Shown: positions 30,670 to 38,364, counted from the stretch's first letter. The stretch is DNA of 64,000 nucleotides from Candidatus Scatosoma sp. (GCA_045537295.1 JAZSPG010000070.1:34955-98954); one strand, 5' to 3'. Numbers and translations: made by a program. The notes: generated by a model from the letters alone, not told the origin.

Positions 30670-30812
30670 CCATAAATTGAAATGCAAAGCATTTCATTAT
30701 TGTAATTATTCCACAATGCAAAACTTTGTTTTGCAATTCACGCCCGTAGGGCAATTCACGAAATTTATTTCAATGCACGCAAAGCAATGCTTTGCATTTC
30801 ATTATACTATGG
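30670..30812 (+). promoter_or_regulatory. Inverted-repeat-bounded leader domain upstream of maf
   Basis: The 17-mer gaaatgcaaagcatttc (30679-95) recurs inverted at 30784-30800 (16/17). ccata (30670) is complementary to tatgg (30808, includes the maf ATG). Internal palindrome at 30717-35 and direct repeat gcaattcacg x2. Confidence 0.5.
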
Positions 30813-31390
30813 ACTGGATACTTGCAAGCGCCTCGCCACGCAGAAAAGAACTTTTTGGCGAAGTCATTAAAAAACCGTTTGATATTATCGTCGCGACGGG
30901 CGAGGAAAAAACGGAGGGCGGTTTGACGCCCGAGGCGCTCGTTATGCGCCTTGCCAAGCAAAAAGCGGAGGAAGTTGCCACGTTAGCGCAAGCTAAAAAC
31001 AAAGCGGTACTCGGCGCGGATACCGTCGTCGCGTTGGGCGACGAAATTCTCGGTAAACCCAAAGACGAAAAGGACGCGTTTCGTATGCTAAAAGCGCTGT
31101 CGGGCAACACGCACGAGGTTTATACGGGCGTTTGTATCGTGTATACGCAAAACGGCGAACGCAAGACAAACAGTTTTGCCGTTTGCACGAAGGTGAAATT
31201 TTACCCGCTTAGCAACGGGCAAATTAGGGAGTATATCGCGACGGGTTCGCCGATGGACAAGGCGGGCGCGTACGGGATTCAGGACGGTGGGTTGGTAGAA
31301 AAAATCGAAGGTAGCTTTACCAACGTCGTCGGACTTCCCGTAGAGGAATGTATAAAACAAATCCGCCTTTTGCAAGGCGAAGAAGAATAA
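30809..31390 (+). CDS. maf: Maf-like nucleoside triphosphate pyrophosphatase
   Basis: Motifs ILASASPRRKELF, GADTVV and AGAYGIQD. The ORF-track start 30632 adds 59 non-homologous residues. Confidence 0.9.
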   Translation: MDWILASASPRRKELFGEVIKKPFDIIVATGEEKTEGGLTPEALVMRLAKQKAEEVATLAQAKNKAVLGADTVVALGDEILGKPKDEKDAFRMLKALSGNTHEVYTGVCIVYTQNGERKTNSFAVCTKVKFYPLSNGQIREYIATGSPMDKAGAYGIQDGGLVEKIEGSFTNVVGLPVEECIKQIRLLQGEEE

Positions 31391-31449
31391 CTCGACGCAT
31401 ACCTGCCCTATGCGTTTAGGTCAAAAAAGCAGAAAAAAGGGAGATAGCT

Positions 31450-32457
31450 ATGTGGAAATTGTCCATTGATTTGGGTTCGTCTACGACGAAAATATACCGC
31501 GCGGATACGAGTAGCGGTATCGTTCTTGCCGAGCCGTCCTGCGTGGCGGTGGCGGGCGAGGAACGCGAGGTGAAAGCCATAGGCAAGGACGCCAAAAACC
31601 TGATAGGCAAAACGGCGGAATACACCAGTATTATCTACCCCGTGTACGAGGGCGAAATCGTGGATATGCGTTTAGCCGTCGCTATGCTCAAAGAGTTTTT
31701 CAACCGTATCGGTATAAAACCCGCGTCCCTTCGTCGCGCGCAAATTTTGATGAGCGTACCCTGCGGTGCGCCGTCGCGCCTTCTCTCTCAATACGCGAAT
31801 TTAGCCGAAGAATGTGGCTTAAAAAAGGTATTTTTCGTAGAACAGCCGTATTTATGCGCGGTGGGTGCAGGCGCGGTGCTGAGCGATTTTGACCCCGTTT
31901 TTTGCTTGGATATCGGCGGGGGTGTAACGAATATCGCGGTGGTGTCGGCGGACGGTATTATCGCGGGCGTGTCTATGAATATCGGCGGGAACAATATCGA
32001 CGCGAATATTTTAGCTAAGGTTGCGCGCGTAAATAAATTAAAGATAGGCGCGCTGACTGCGGAACGCTTAAAAAAGGAAATCGGTTCGCTCGCCCCGCAC
32101 GCGCGCGGAACGATGGTCGCGGAGGGTAGCTCGCTGGATACCTGTCGCCCGTTCGCGTCAGTCATTCAAGCGTCCGACTTGTCCGACTGTATTAAGGTGT
32201 ATATCGATAAAATCATAGAATACGCCACGACGGTATTAAGAAAATTGCCCGCGGAAGTATCGGCGACGGTGAACAGAAACGGCGTGTACTTATCCGGCGG
32301 AGTGATGAATTTACCCTACTTAGCGCAGTATATCGGCGCGAAACTCGAAATGCGCTACCACGTTTGCGAAGAACCGCAATTTGCGTCCGTTTTGGGCGGT
32401 GGAACGGTAATTCGGGACAAAAGTTTGTTAAACGCCTTTGCAAAAGAGAACGAATAA
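31450..32457 (+). CDS. mreB: MreB/Mbl-like actin-family protein (divergent)
   Basis: Motifs SIDLGSSTTKIY, LDIGGGVTNIAV and LSGGVMNL. It follows maf, but no mreC/mreD follows it. Confidence 0.8.
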   Translation: MWKLSIDLGSSTTKIYRADTSSGIVLAEPSCVAVAGEEREVKAIGKDAKNLIGKTAEYTSIIYPVYEGEIVDMRLAVAMLKEFFNRIGIKPASLRRAQILMSVPCGAPSRLLSQYANLAEECGLKKVFFVEQPYLCAVGAGAVLSDFDPVFCLDIGGGVTNIAVVSADGIIAGVSMNIGGNNIDANILAKVARVNKLKIGALTAERLKKEIGSLAPHARGTMVAEGSSLDTCRPFASVIQASDLSDCIKVYIDKIIEYATTVLRKLPAEVSATVNRNGVYLSGGVMNLPYLAQYIGAKLEMRYHVCEEPQFASVLGGGTVIRDKSLLNAFAKENE

Positions 32458-32468
32458 AAAATTTTCTT

Positions 32469-32511
32469 AATCGCGCAATCCCTTGTAAATAAAGGGCTTA
32501 CGCGATTTTTT
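32469..32511 (+). terminator. Intrinsic terminator of mreB-like gene
   Basis: aatcgcg..ccctt-loop-aaggg..cgcgatt followed by tttttt. Confidence 0.7.
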
Positions 32512-32564
32512 CGTTTGAAAAATAAAAAAAATAAAAAAAATTTAAAAAATTTTTCAAAAACCCC

Positions 32565-32592
32565 TTGACAAATAAAAATTTTATGCTATAAT
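32565..32592 (+). promoter_or_regulatory. Very strong sigma-A promoter with A-tract UP-like region
   Basis: TTGACA-N16-(TGc)TATAAT preceded by about 50 nt of A/T tracts (32514-32564). Confidence 0.75.
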
Positions 32593-32754
32593 ATAAGTAC
32601 AAAAAGAAAGAAACGAACAAAAAATGTTCGAAACTTTCAAAAATAAAAAGAGGGAAAACCGATGCACAGCTAAGAGATAGCCGAAAGGGAAGTCGGCAAA
32701 GTGCCGTAGGGATACGGCGAAAAAAATAACTGTTAAAGGAGGGTAAGAAAAGCG

Positions 32755-32814
32755 ATGATTCCTTACAACTTTACCAACAGGTACTTTAACAAAGAAGTGA
32801 GAACGGGGGGTTAG
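32755..32814 (+). CDS. Candidate 19-aa peptide MIPYNFTNRYFNKEVRTGG
   Basis: ATG lies 8 nt after AAAGGAGGG. It is the only SD-preceded ORF inside the orphan transcript. Confidence 0.3.
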   Translation: MIPYNFTNRYFNKEVRTGG

Positions 32815-32963
32815 TCCAATGAACTATGAAATTGAGGAGTGTCAAAAATAGAGAAATATCCGTAAAGGAAAAGCGCGGGCAACCGCAATGAAATTGAGTT
32901 CAAAAAGACACGGATATAAAGAGAGCGTAACACTCTGAAAAATTGAATATAACGAAAAAGTAG

Positions 32964-32998
32964 AAAATCCTGCGTTTTGGGCGCGGGATTTTTGTTTT
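32964..32998 (+). terminator. Intrinsic terminator of the orphan transcript
   Basis: aaaatcctgcg-N7-cgcgggatttt, then tgtttt. Confidence 0.8.
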
Positions 32999-33015
32999 GA
33001 GTTAGCGACAATGAA

Positions 33016-33044
33016 TTGACAAACGCGAAAAAAAGCCGTATAAT
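33016..33044 (+). promoter_or_regulatory. Consensus sigma-A promoter abutting the nifS start
   Basis: TTGACA-N17-TATAAT. ATGs lie 1 and 7 nt after the -10. Confidence 0.7.
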
Positions 33045-33051
33045 AATGGTT

Positions 33052-34197
33052 ATGGAAACGCCTATTTATTTAGACCACGCGTCCACGACGCCGTTGGACG
33101 AACGAGTTCTTGAAAAGATGACGCCGTATTTAACGGAAATTTTCGGTAACGCCGATTCCCCGCACGCGATAGGAAGAAAAGCTATGAGCGCGGTGGATTT
33201 AGCGCGCGATAAAATCGCGGAACTTATCAACGCGCGGAAAAACGAGGTGTATTTCACTTCGGGCGGAACGGAAAGCGACAACTGGGCAATGCTTGGCGGA
33301 GCGCGTGCCAAAAAAGCGGAGGGCAAACGCAAAGTGGTGCTGTCCGCTATCGAACACCACGCCGTTTTATCCTCAGCCGAGCGCCTTGAAAACGAGGGCT
33401 TTGAAGTGGTGTACTTACCCGTAAACGAAGGGGGCAGGGTTGCGTTGAACGCGCTGGAAAGCGCGATTACGCCTGATACCGCGCTCGTTTGTTTAATGTC
33501 CGCGAACAACGAAACGGGCGTGTTGCAACCTATCGACGAGGCTTGCGAAATCGCGCATAAAAACGGTGCGCTGTTTTTCACCGACGCGGTGCAGTCCGCA
33601 CCGTATATCCCGTTGGATATGCAAAAATGCAAGGCGGATATTTTATCCTTTTCGGCGCATAAATTTTACGGACCGAAAGGTGTGGGCGCGCTGTATATCA
33701 AAAACGGCGTGAAGATGCAAAAGCTCGTCGGCGGAGGCGAGCAGGAACGCGGTTTGCGTGGCGGTACGGTCAACGTACCCGCGGTGGTAGGGCTTGCCGA
33801 GGCGTACGCGCTCGCCCGCGAGAAAATGCAGGAAAACAACGAAAAGATAAAAAAGCTTGCAAAGCTGTATTTACGCGAAATTTCTGTCTTGGACGGCGTA
33901 ACGAGAAACGGCGAAACGCAAAACGCCCTGCCGTCCGTTTTGAATTTACGCTTTGCGGGCGTAAAAAACACGGCGTTTTTATACAAAATGGACTTAAACG
34001 GCGTATGTCTTTCGGCGGGTTCGGCTTGCGCGAGCGCGTCGGTAAAACCCAGCCATGTGTTGACGGCAATGGGGTTGAGCGAAACGCAGGCGAAAGAGAG
34101 CGTTCGGCTGAGTTTTGGGAGAAACAACACGGAAGAAGAAGTTATCCGCGCGGGGCGTTTGACGGTAAAAACGGTAAACGAGTTACGCGAGTTTTAA
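33052..34197 (+). CDS. nifS: Cysteine desulfurase (class V aminotransferase, NifS/IscS type)
   Basis: PLP-lysine SAHKFYGPKG and active-site SAGSACAS. Start ATG 33052 (METPIYLDHAST) is chosen because of promoter position. ATG 33046 and TTG 33016 are alternatives. Confidence 0.9.
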   Translation: METPIYLDHASTTPLDERVLEKMTPYLTEIFGNADSPHAIGRKAMSAVDLARDKIAELINARKNEVYFTSGGTESDNWAMLGGARAKKAEGKRKVVLSAIEHHAVLSSAERLENEGFEVVYLPVNEGGRVALNALESAITPDTALVCLMSANNETGVLQPIDEACEIAHKNGALFFTDAVQSAPYIPLDMQKCKADILSFSAHKFYGPKGVGALYIKNGVKMQKLVGGGEQERGLRGGTVNVPAVVGLAEAYALAREKMQENNEKIKKLAKLYLREISVLDGVTRNGETQNALPSVLNLRFAGVKNTAFLYKMDLNGVCLSAGSACASASVKPSHVLTAMGLSETQAKESVRLSFGRNNTEEEVIRAGRLTVKTVNELREF

Positions 34198-34249
34198 CCG
34201 CGGACGGTAAAAAAGGAAAAAATTTTCGTAAAAATGCGCGTGCAATGCC

Positions 34250-34278
34250 TTTACTAATAAAAAAAATTATGATATAAT
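34250..34278 (+). promoter_or_regulatory. Sigma-A promoter of ferredoxin gene
   Basis: TTTACT-N17-(TGa)TATAAT. Confidence 0.6.
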
Positions 34279-34313
34279 ACTATATAGAAAAAATCAATCG
34301 GAGGTAAAATCTT

Positions 34314-34487
34314 ATGGCATACAGAATTACGGATGCTTGCGTAGCTTGCGGAGCTTGCGAGGGTACTTGCCCCGTCGAAGCGATTGCGATGGGCGATAAA
34401 GGTATTTACGCTATCAACCAAGACGTTTGCGTAGAATGCGGTGCTTGCGCGTCGGAATGTCCTGCGGAAGCGATTGTAGAAGAATAA
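34314..34487 (+). CDS. 2x[4Fe-4S] clostridial-type ferredoxin (57 aa)
   Basis: CVACGACEGTCP and CVECGACASECP clusters, with GGAGG 8 nt upstream. It is below the ORF-track length cutoff. Confidence 0.85.
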   Translation: MAYRITDACVACGACEGTCPVEAIAMGDKGIYAINQDVCVECGACASECPAEAIVEE

Positions 34488-34508
34488 TCCGATTTTATTC
34501 AAAAAAAC

Positions 34509-34543
34509 AAAGAGCGTTGACGAAACCCGTCAGCGCTCTTTTC
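34509..34543. terminator. Bidirectional terminator (ferredoxin / small minus-strand ORF)
   Basis: agagcgttgacg-N5-cgtcagcgctct followed by tttt. Confidence 0.85.
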
Positions 34544-34562
34544 CGCTTTATCGCAAAATTTT

Positions 34563-34730
34563 TCACGGAGCGTTTTTTAATTCTTTTTCTAATCGGTCGA
34601 GGAAACGGCGGGCGAAATCGGCTACCGCCTGCAATTTCTTAATCAGACCGAGTGCAAGTTTCTCCGCAAGCCCTAAAAAGAGCGCGTCGATACCCGTACG
34701 GCGAAACAATTTTTTCAATGCGGTTCTCAT
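34563..34730 (-). CDS. Hypothetical 55-aa amphipathic helical protein
   Basis: ATG 34730 follows GGAGAA. It has its own promoter and a leader of about 105 nt. Sequence: MRTALKKLFRRTGIDALFLGLAEKLALGLIKKLQAVADFARRFLDRLEKELKNAP. Confidence 0.4.
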   Translation of the reverse strand: MRTALKKLFRRTGIDALFLGLAEKLALGLIKKLQAVADFARRFLDRLEKELKNAP

Positions 34731-34843
34731 AAAAATTTTCTCCTTTTCCGAAGTTTTATTTTCCCGTAAAACCGCCCCGCCGTCAAACGGAAGGAAGAAC
34801 AAACGCCGAGGGATATGCGCTTTTTCGTCCGTTGCGAGCGGTA

Positions 34844-34870
34844 TTATACCATACTTTTTCCTCTTGTCAA
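34844..34870 (-). promoter_or_regulatory. Promoter of the 55-aa ORF
   Basis: Minus strand TTGACA-N15-(TGg)TATAAT. Confidence 0.55.
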
Positions 34871-34919
34871 GGGGGTACTGTCGTTTTTTTTGCGTTTTTC
34901 TAAAAAATTTTTTTGCGAC

Positions 34920-34930
34920 TTAACCAAGGT
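34920..34930 (+). promoter_or_regulatory. TTAACCAAGGT motif 12 nt upstream of the ruvC -35
   Basis: Exact 11-mer shared with the two feoA-promoter sites. Confidence 0.5.
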
Positions 34931-34942
34931 GAATAAACGCAC

Positions 34943-34971
34943 TTGACAAATTTTCGCATTTAAGGTATAAT
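34943..34971 (+). promoter_or_regulatory. Consensus sigma-A promoter of ruvCAB-queA
   Basis: TTGACA-N17-TATAAT. Confidence 0.75.
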
Positions 34972-35002
34972 AAAGACTGAACTATTGCGGTTGGAGAGAA
35001 AG

Positions 35003-35641
35003 ATGATAATTTTGGGTATAGACCCAGGACTTGCGACGCTCGGGTTCGGGGTAATTGAAAAGGACGAACGAGGCAATTCCCGCGCGCTCGATTGCGGGGT
35101 GATTACCACGCCCAAAGAAGAGGGTTTGCCCGTCCGACTTGCGATTTTAGAGGGAAATTTACAAAAAATTCTTGACAAATACAATCCCGACGAGATTGCG
35201 ATGGAAGAGCTGTTTTTCGCAAAAAACATCACGACGGGTATCGCGGTTGCCCACGCGCGCGGGGTCGCGCTGTTGACCTGCGTCAAGCATTGCGGGAAGT
35301 TATACGAATATACCCCCTTGCAGATAAAACAGGCGTTGACGGGCTACGGAAAAGCGGATAAAAAACAGATACAAACCACCGTCACCGCGCAGTTGAGATT
35401 AAAAACAATCCCCCGCCCCGACGACGCGGCGGACGCGCTTGCCGTAGCGCTTTGTCACGCGTCCACCAGCCGTTTCGGCGAGCTGTTCGCGGTGGGGAAT
35501 ATGACGAGAACGAAAGGCAAGAACACGAGCGCGGGTACGGCGGGTATGCTGATTGAAGAAGCCGAACGCCGTCGCGCGTTGAAAATCGCTAAGGCACGTG
35601 AAAAAGCTATGCAAAAACAGGAGGAAACGGATAAAAAATGA
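35003..35641 (+). CDS. ruvC: Holliday junction resolvase RuvC with basic C-terminal extension
   Basis: Motifs MIILGIDPGLATLGFG, MEELFF and DAADALAVALCHA. GGAGAG RBS. Confidence 0.9.
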   Translation: MIILGIDPGLATLGFGVIEKDERGNSRALDCGVITTPKEEGLPVRLAILEGNLQKILDKYNPDEIAMEELFFAKNITTGIAVAHARGVALLTCVKHCGKLYEYTPLQIKQALTGYGKADKKQIQTTVTAQLRLKTIPRPDDAADALAVALCHASTSRFGELFAVGNMTRTKGKNTSAGTAGMLIEEAERRRALKIAKAREKAMQKQEETDKK

Positions 35642-36240
35642 TTGCGTATTTAAGAGGGAAAGTACTTACCGTTACCGCGGAAACGGCGGTTTTGGAAGTC
35701 AACGGCGTGGGGTACGAAATTTACTGTTCGGGCGGAGCGTTCCGTAAAATCACGGTGGGCGAAACGGCGGAATTATACACCTATTTACAGGTAAAAGAGG
35801 ACGGCGTGACGCTGTACGGGTTTGCCTCGCCTAAGGAAAAAGAATTGTTTTTGAAAATCATTTCCGTTTCGGGTGTCGGCCCGAAACTTGCCGTTTCCAT
35901 TTTGACGAGTTTGTCCGCGGACGAGCTTACCCAAGCAATCGCGACAGCGGATATCAAGCGTTTGAGCAAAGCCAAAGGCTTGGGCAAAAAGACGGCGGAA
36001 AAAATAGTCTTGGAACTCCACGGCAAAATCTCAGCGGTGGAAGTTATCAGCGCAAGCGGGGATAGTTTGACGCAAACGGAGCAACACGAGCGTTTATCGG
36101 TGGTGGACGAGGAAGCGGTGTCCGCGTTGACGGGTCTGGGTTTTACTAAGAACGAGAGTATGCAAGCGGTAAAACGCGCGAAAGAGAACGGTGCGACGAC
36201 GGTGGAAGATATTATCCGCAAAGCGCTTACGGGGCTGTAA
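35638..36240 (+). CDS. ruvA: Holliday junction DNA helicase RuvA
   Basis: OB-fold N-terminus and HhH motifs ISVSGVGPKLA / GLGKKTAEKIV. ATGA overlap with ruvC. Confidence 0.93.
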   Translation: MIAYLRGKVLTVTAETAVLEVNGVGYEIYCSGGAFRKITVGETAELYTYLQVKEDGVTLYGFASPKEKELFLKIISVSGVGPKLAVSILTSLSADELTQAIATADIKRLSKAKGLGKKTAEKIVLELHGKISAVEVISASGDSLTQTEQHERLSVVDEEAVSALTGLGFTKNESMQAVKRAKENGATTVEDIIRKALTGL

Positions 36241-36262
36241 TTTAAGGACGAGGGAATGAAGA

Positions 36263-37312
36263 ATGTTTGAAGAAGAATACGGCGAAGAGGGTTTGCTCTT
36301 AGCCGAAAAAACGGAATACGATATCGAAGAAAATATCCTGCGCCCGAAAAGTATGCGTGACTACGTCGGACAACAAAAGGTGAAGGAAAATTTAAGCGTG
36401 TATATCACGGCGGCGAAAGCGCGCGGTGAGGCGCTTGACCACGTGCTTTTGTACGGTCCCCCAGGTTTAGGGAAAACCACCTTATCGCACATTATCGCCA
36501 ACGAAATGGGCGTTTCGATTAAAATGACGAGCGGACCTGCAATCGAGCGTTCGGGCGACCTCGCCGCTATACTTACCAACTTAAACGAGGGCGACGTGCT
36601 GTTTATCGACGAAATCCACCGTTTAAGCAGGAGCGTGGAGGAAATTTTATATTCGGCGATGGAGGATTACGCGTTGGACATTATCGTCGGTAAAGGTCCG
36701 TCCGCGCGCAATATCCGTTTTTCGCTCAACCGTTTTACGCTTATCGGCGCGACGACGAAAATCGGTATGCTTGCCCCGCCCCTTCGCGATAGGTTCGGGA
36801 TTATCAACCGCTTGGAAATTTACACGCCCGACGAGCTGAAAGAAATCGTGTGCCGTTCGGCGAAGAAATTAGAAATTGAAATCGAGGACGACTCGGCGGA
36901 GGAAATCGCGCGCCGTAGCAGAGGTACGCCCCGTATTGCCAACCGCCTGTTAAAGCGCGTGCGCGACTTTTCGGCGGTCAAAGGGAACGTCGTTATCACC
37001 AAAGAGGACGCGCGGTTTGCCCTTTCGCGCTTGGAAATTGACGAGCTGGGTTTAGACCAAACGGACAGAGCCTTACTTACCACGCTGATTGACAAATTCG
37101 GTGGCGGACCGACGGGTTTGGAAACGCTGGCGGCGGCGACGGGCGAGGACGCCAACACGATAGAGGACGTATACGAGCCGTACCTGTTACAGCTTGGATT
37201 TATTGCGCGGACGGCGCGGGGCAGAATTTGTCTGAAAGACGGTTACGCGCATATGGGCAGACAGCCCAGCGCCAAGGCAAGAAAACAAATTTCCTTATTT
37301 GAGGACGAGTAA
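36263..37312 (+). CDS. ruvB: Holliday junction DNA helicase RuvB
   Basis: Walker [10 protein letters not shown], Walker [10 protein letters not shown] and [11 protein letters not shown]. Confidence 0.96.
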   Translation: MFEEEYGEEGLLLAEKTEYDIEENILRPKSMRDYVGQQKVKENLSVYITAAKARGEALDHVLLYGPPGLGKTTLSHIIANEMGVSIKMTSGPAIERSGDLAAILTNLNEGDVLFIDEIHRLSRSVEEILYSAMEDYALDIIVGKGPSARNIRFSLNRFTLIGATTKIGMLAPPLRDRFGIINRLEIYTPDELKEIVCRSAKKLEIEIEDDSAEEIARRSRGTPRIANRLLKRVRDFSAVKGNVVITKEDARFALSRLEIDELGLDQTDRALLTTLIDKFGGGPTGLETLAAATGEDANTIEDVYEPYLLQLGFIARTARGRICLKDGYAHMGRQPSAKARKQISLFEDE

Positions 37313-37314
37313 AA

Positions 37315-38349
37315 ATGCAAAAAGTGCAGTATAAAAAAAGCGATTTTTATTACCATTTACCCGAAGAACGTATCGCGCAAACGCCTGCCGAGCCTCGCGA
37401 TTCCTCGCGTCTTTTGGTGTATAACCGCAAAGATAAAAGTATTCAAGATAAGGTGTTTTCGGACATTGCGGACGAGTTACAGGCGGGGGATTTGCTCGTC
37501 GTCAACAACACCAAAGTTATTCCTGCGCGCATTTTTGCCAAAACGCAACACGGCGGAGCGGTGGAAGTTTTGCTGTTAAAGCGTTATGATAAAAATACTT
37601 GGGAAGTTTTGATGCGCCCTGGGAAAAAGGGCAAAATCGGCGCGAAATTGATAGTTTCAAACGAACTTTCGCTCACCGTCAAGGATATTACGGAATCGGG
37701 CGAACGTATCGTGGAATTTGACTACGAGGGCGTGTTCGAGGACTTGCTCTCGCGCGTTGGCACAATGCCGTTGCCCCCGTATATCAAGCAAAAACTTGAA
37801 AATCAGGAACGGTATAATACGGTGTATAGCAAGGTCGACGGTAGCGCCGCCGCACCGACGGCTGGGTTGCATTTCACGCCCGCGCTGTTGCAAAAATTAA
37901 AGGACAAGGGCGTAGAGATTGCCGAGGTTTTGTTGCACGTGGGGTTGGGTACGTTCCGACCCGTCAGCGAGGAAATTATCACCGACCATAAAATGCATTC
38001 GGAATATTACCAAATCAGCGAGCAATCCGCCGAAAAGATAAACAAAGCCAAACGCGAGGGCAGGCGGGTAATTGCCGTGGGTACGACGAGCGTAAGGACC
38101 TTGGAAAGCGTGGCGGACGAGAACGGTTTGGTACGCGCGGGCGAGGGAAATACCCAAATCTTTTTATATCCGCCTTATAAAATGAAATGCGTGGACGCGT
38201 TGATTACCAATTTCCATTTACCCGAAAGTACTTTGATTATGCTCGTTGCCTGTCTTACGGGCAGGGAGGAAATTTTAGGCGTGTATGATTACGCCGTGGA
38301 AAATGAATATAGATTCTTCTCATTCGGAGACAGTATGCTCGTCTTATAA
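37315..38349 (+). CDS. queA: S-adenosylmethionine:tRNA ribosyltransferase-isomerase
   Basis: Motifs FYYHLPEERIAQTP, GTTSVRTLES and TNFHLPEST. Confidence 0.95.
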   Translation: MQKVQYKKSDFYYHLPEERIAQTPAEPRDSSRLLVYNRKDKSIQDKVFSDIADELQAGDLLVVNNTKVIPARIFAKTQHGGAVEVLLLKRYDKNTWEVLMRPGKKGKIGAKLIVSNELSLTVKDITESGERIVEFDYEGVFEDLLSRVGTMPLPPYIKQKLENQERYNTVYSKVDGSAAAPTAGLHFTPALLQKLKDKGVEIAEVLLHVGLGTFRPVSEEIITDHKMHSEYYQISEQSAEKINKAKREGRRVIAVGTTSVRTLESVADENGLVRAGEGNTQIFLYPPYKMKCVDALITNFHLPESTLIMLVACLTGREEILGVYDYAVENEYRFFSFGDSMLVL

Positions 38350-38364
38350 CCGTCGAAATACGGT

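Larger units (their letters stand above)
32599..32998 (+). ncRNA. Candidate structured RNA / dual-function small transcript (unclassified)
   Basis: Bounded by the promoter at 32565 and the terminator at 32964. Hairpins gccga-N8-tcggc, gccgta-GGGA-tacggc and gcgg-GCAA-ccgc. Long-range pair atatccgt (32857) / acggatat (32909). No long ORF. Confidence 0.4.

Noticed and set aside
30632-30808. 59-codon extension upstream of maf, and the antisense ORF 30560-30754
   Set aside because: Maf proteins begin at the ILASxSPRR segment. The extension runs through the palindromic repeat domain and has no SD.
32650-32725. Resemblance of the two adjacent hairpins (..GCACAG..GGCAAAG..) to c-di-GMP-I or glycine riboswitch aptamers
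   Set aside because: Only short strings match. The conserved ACGCAAAGC/tetraloop-receptor pattern and the CTCAGGCAAAAGGAC-type core are missing. I left it as unclassified rather than naming a class.
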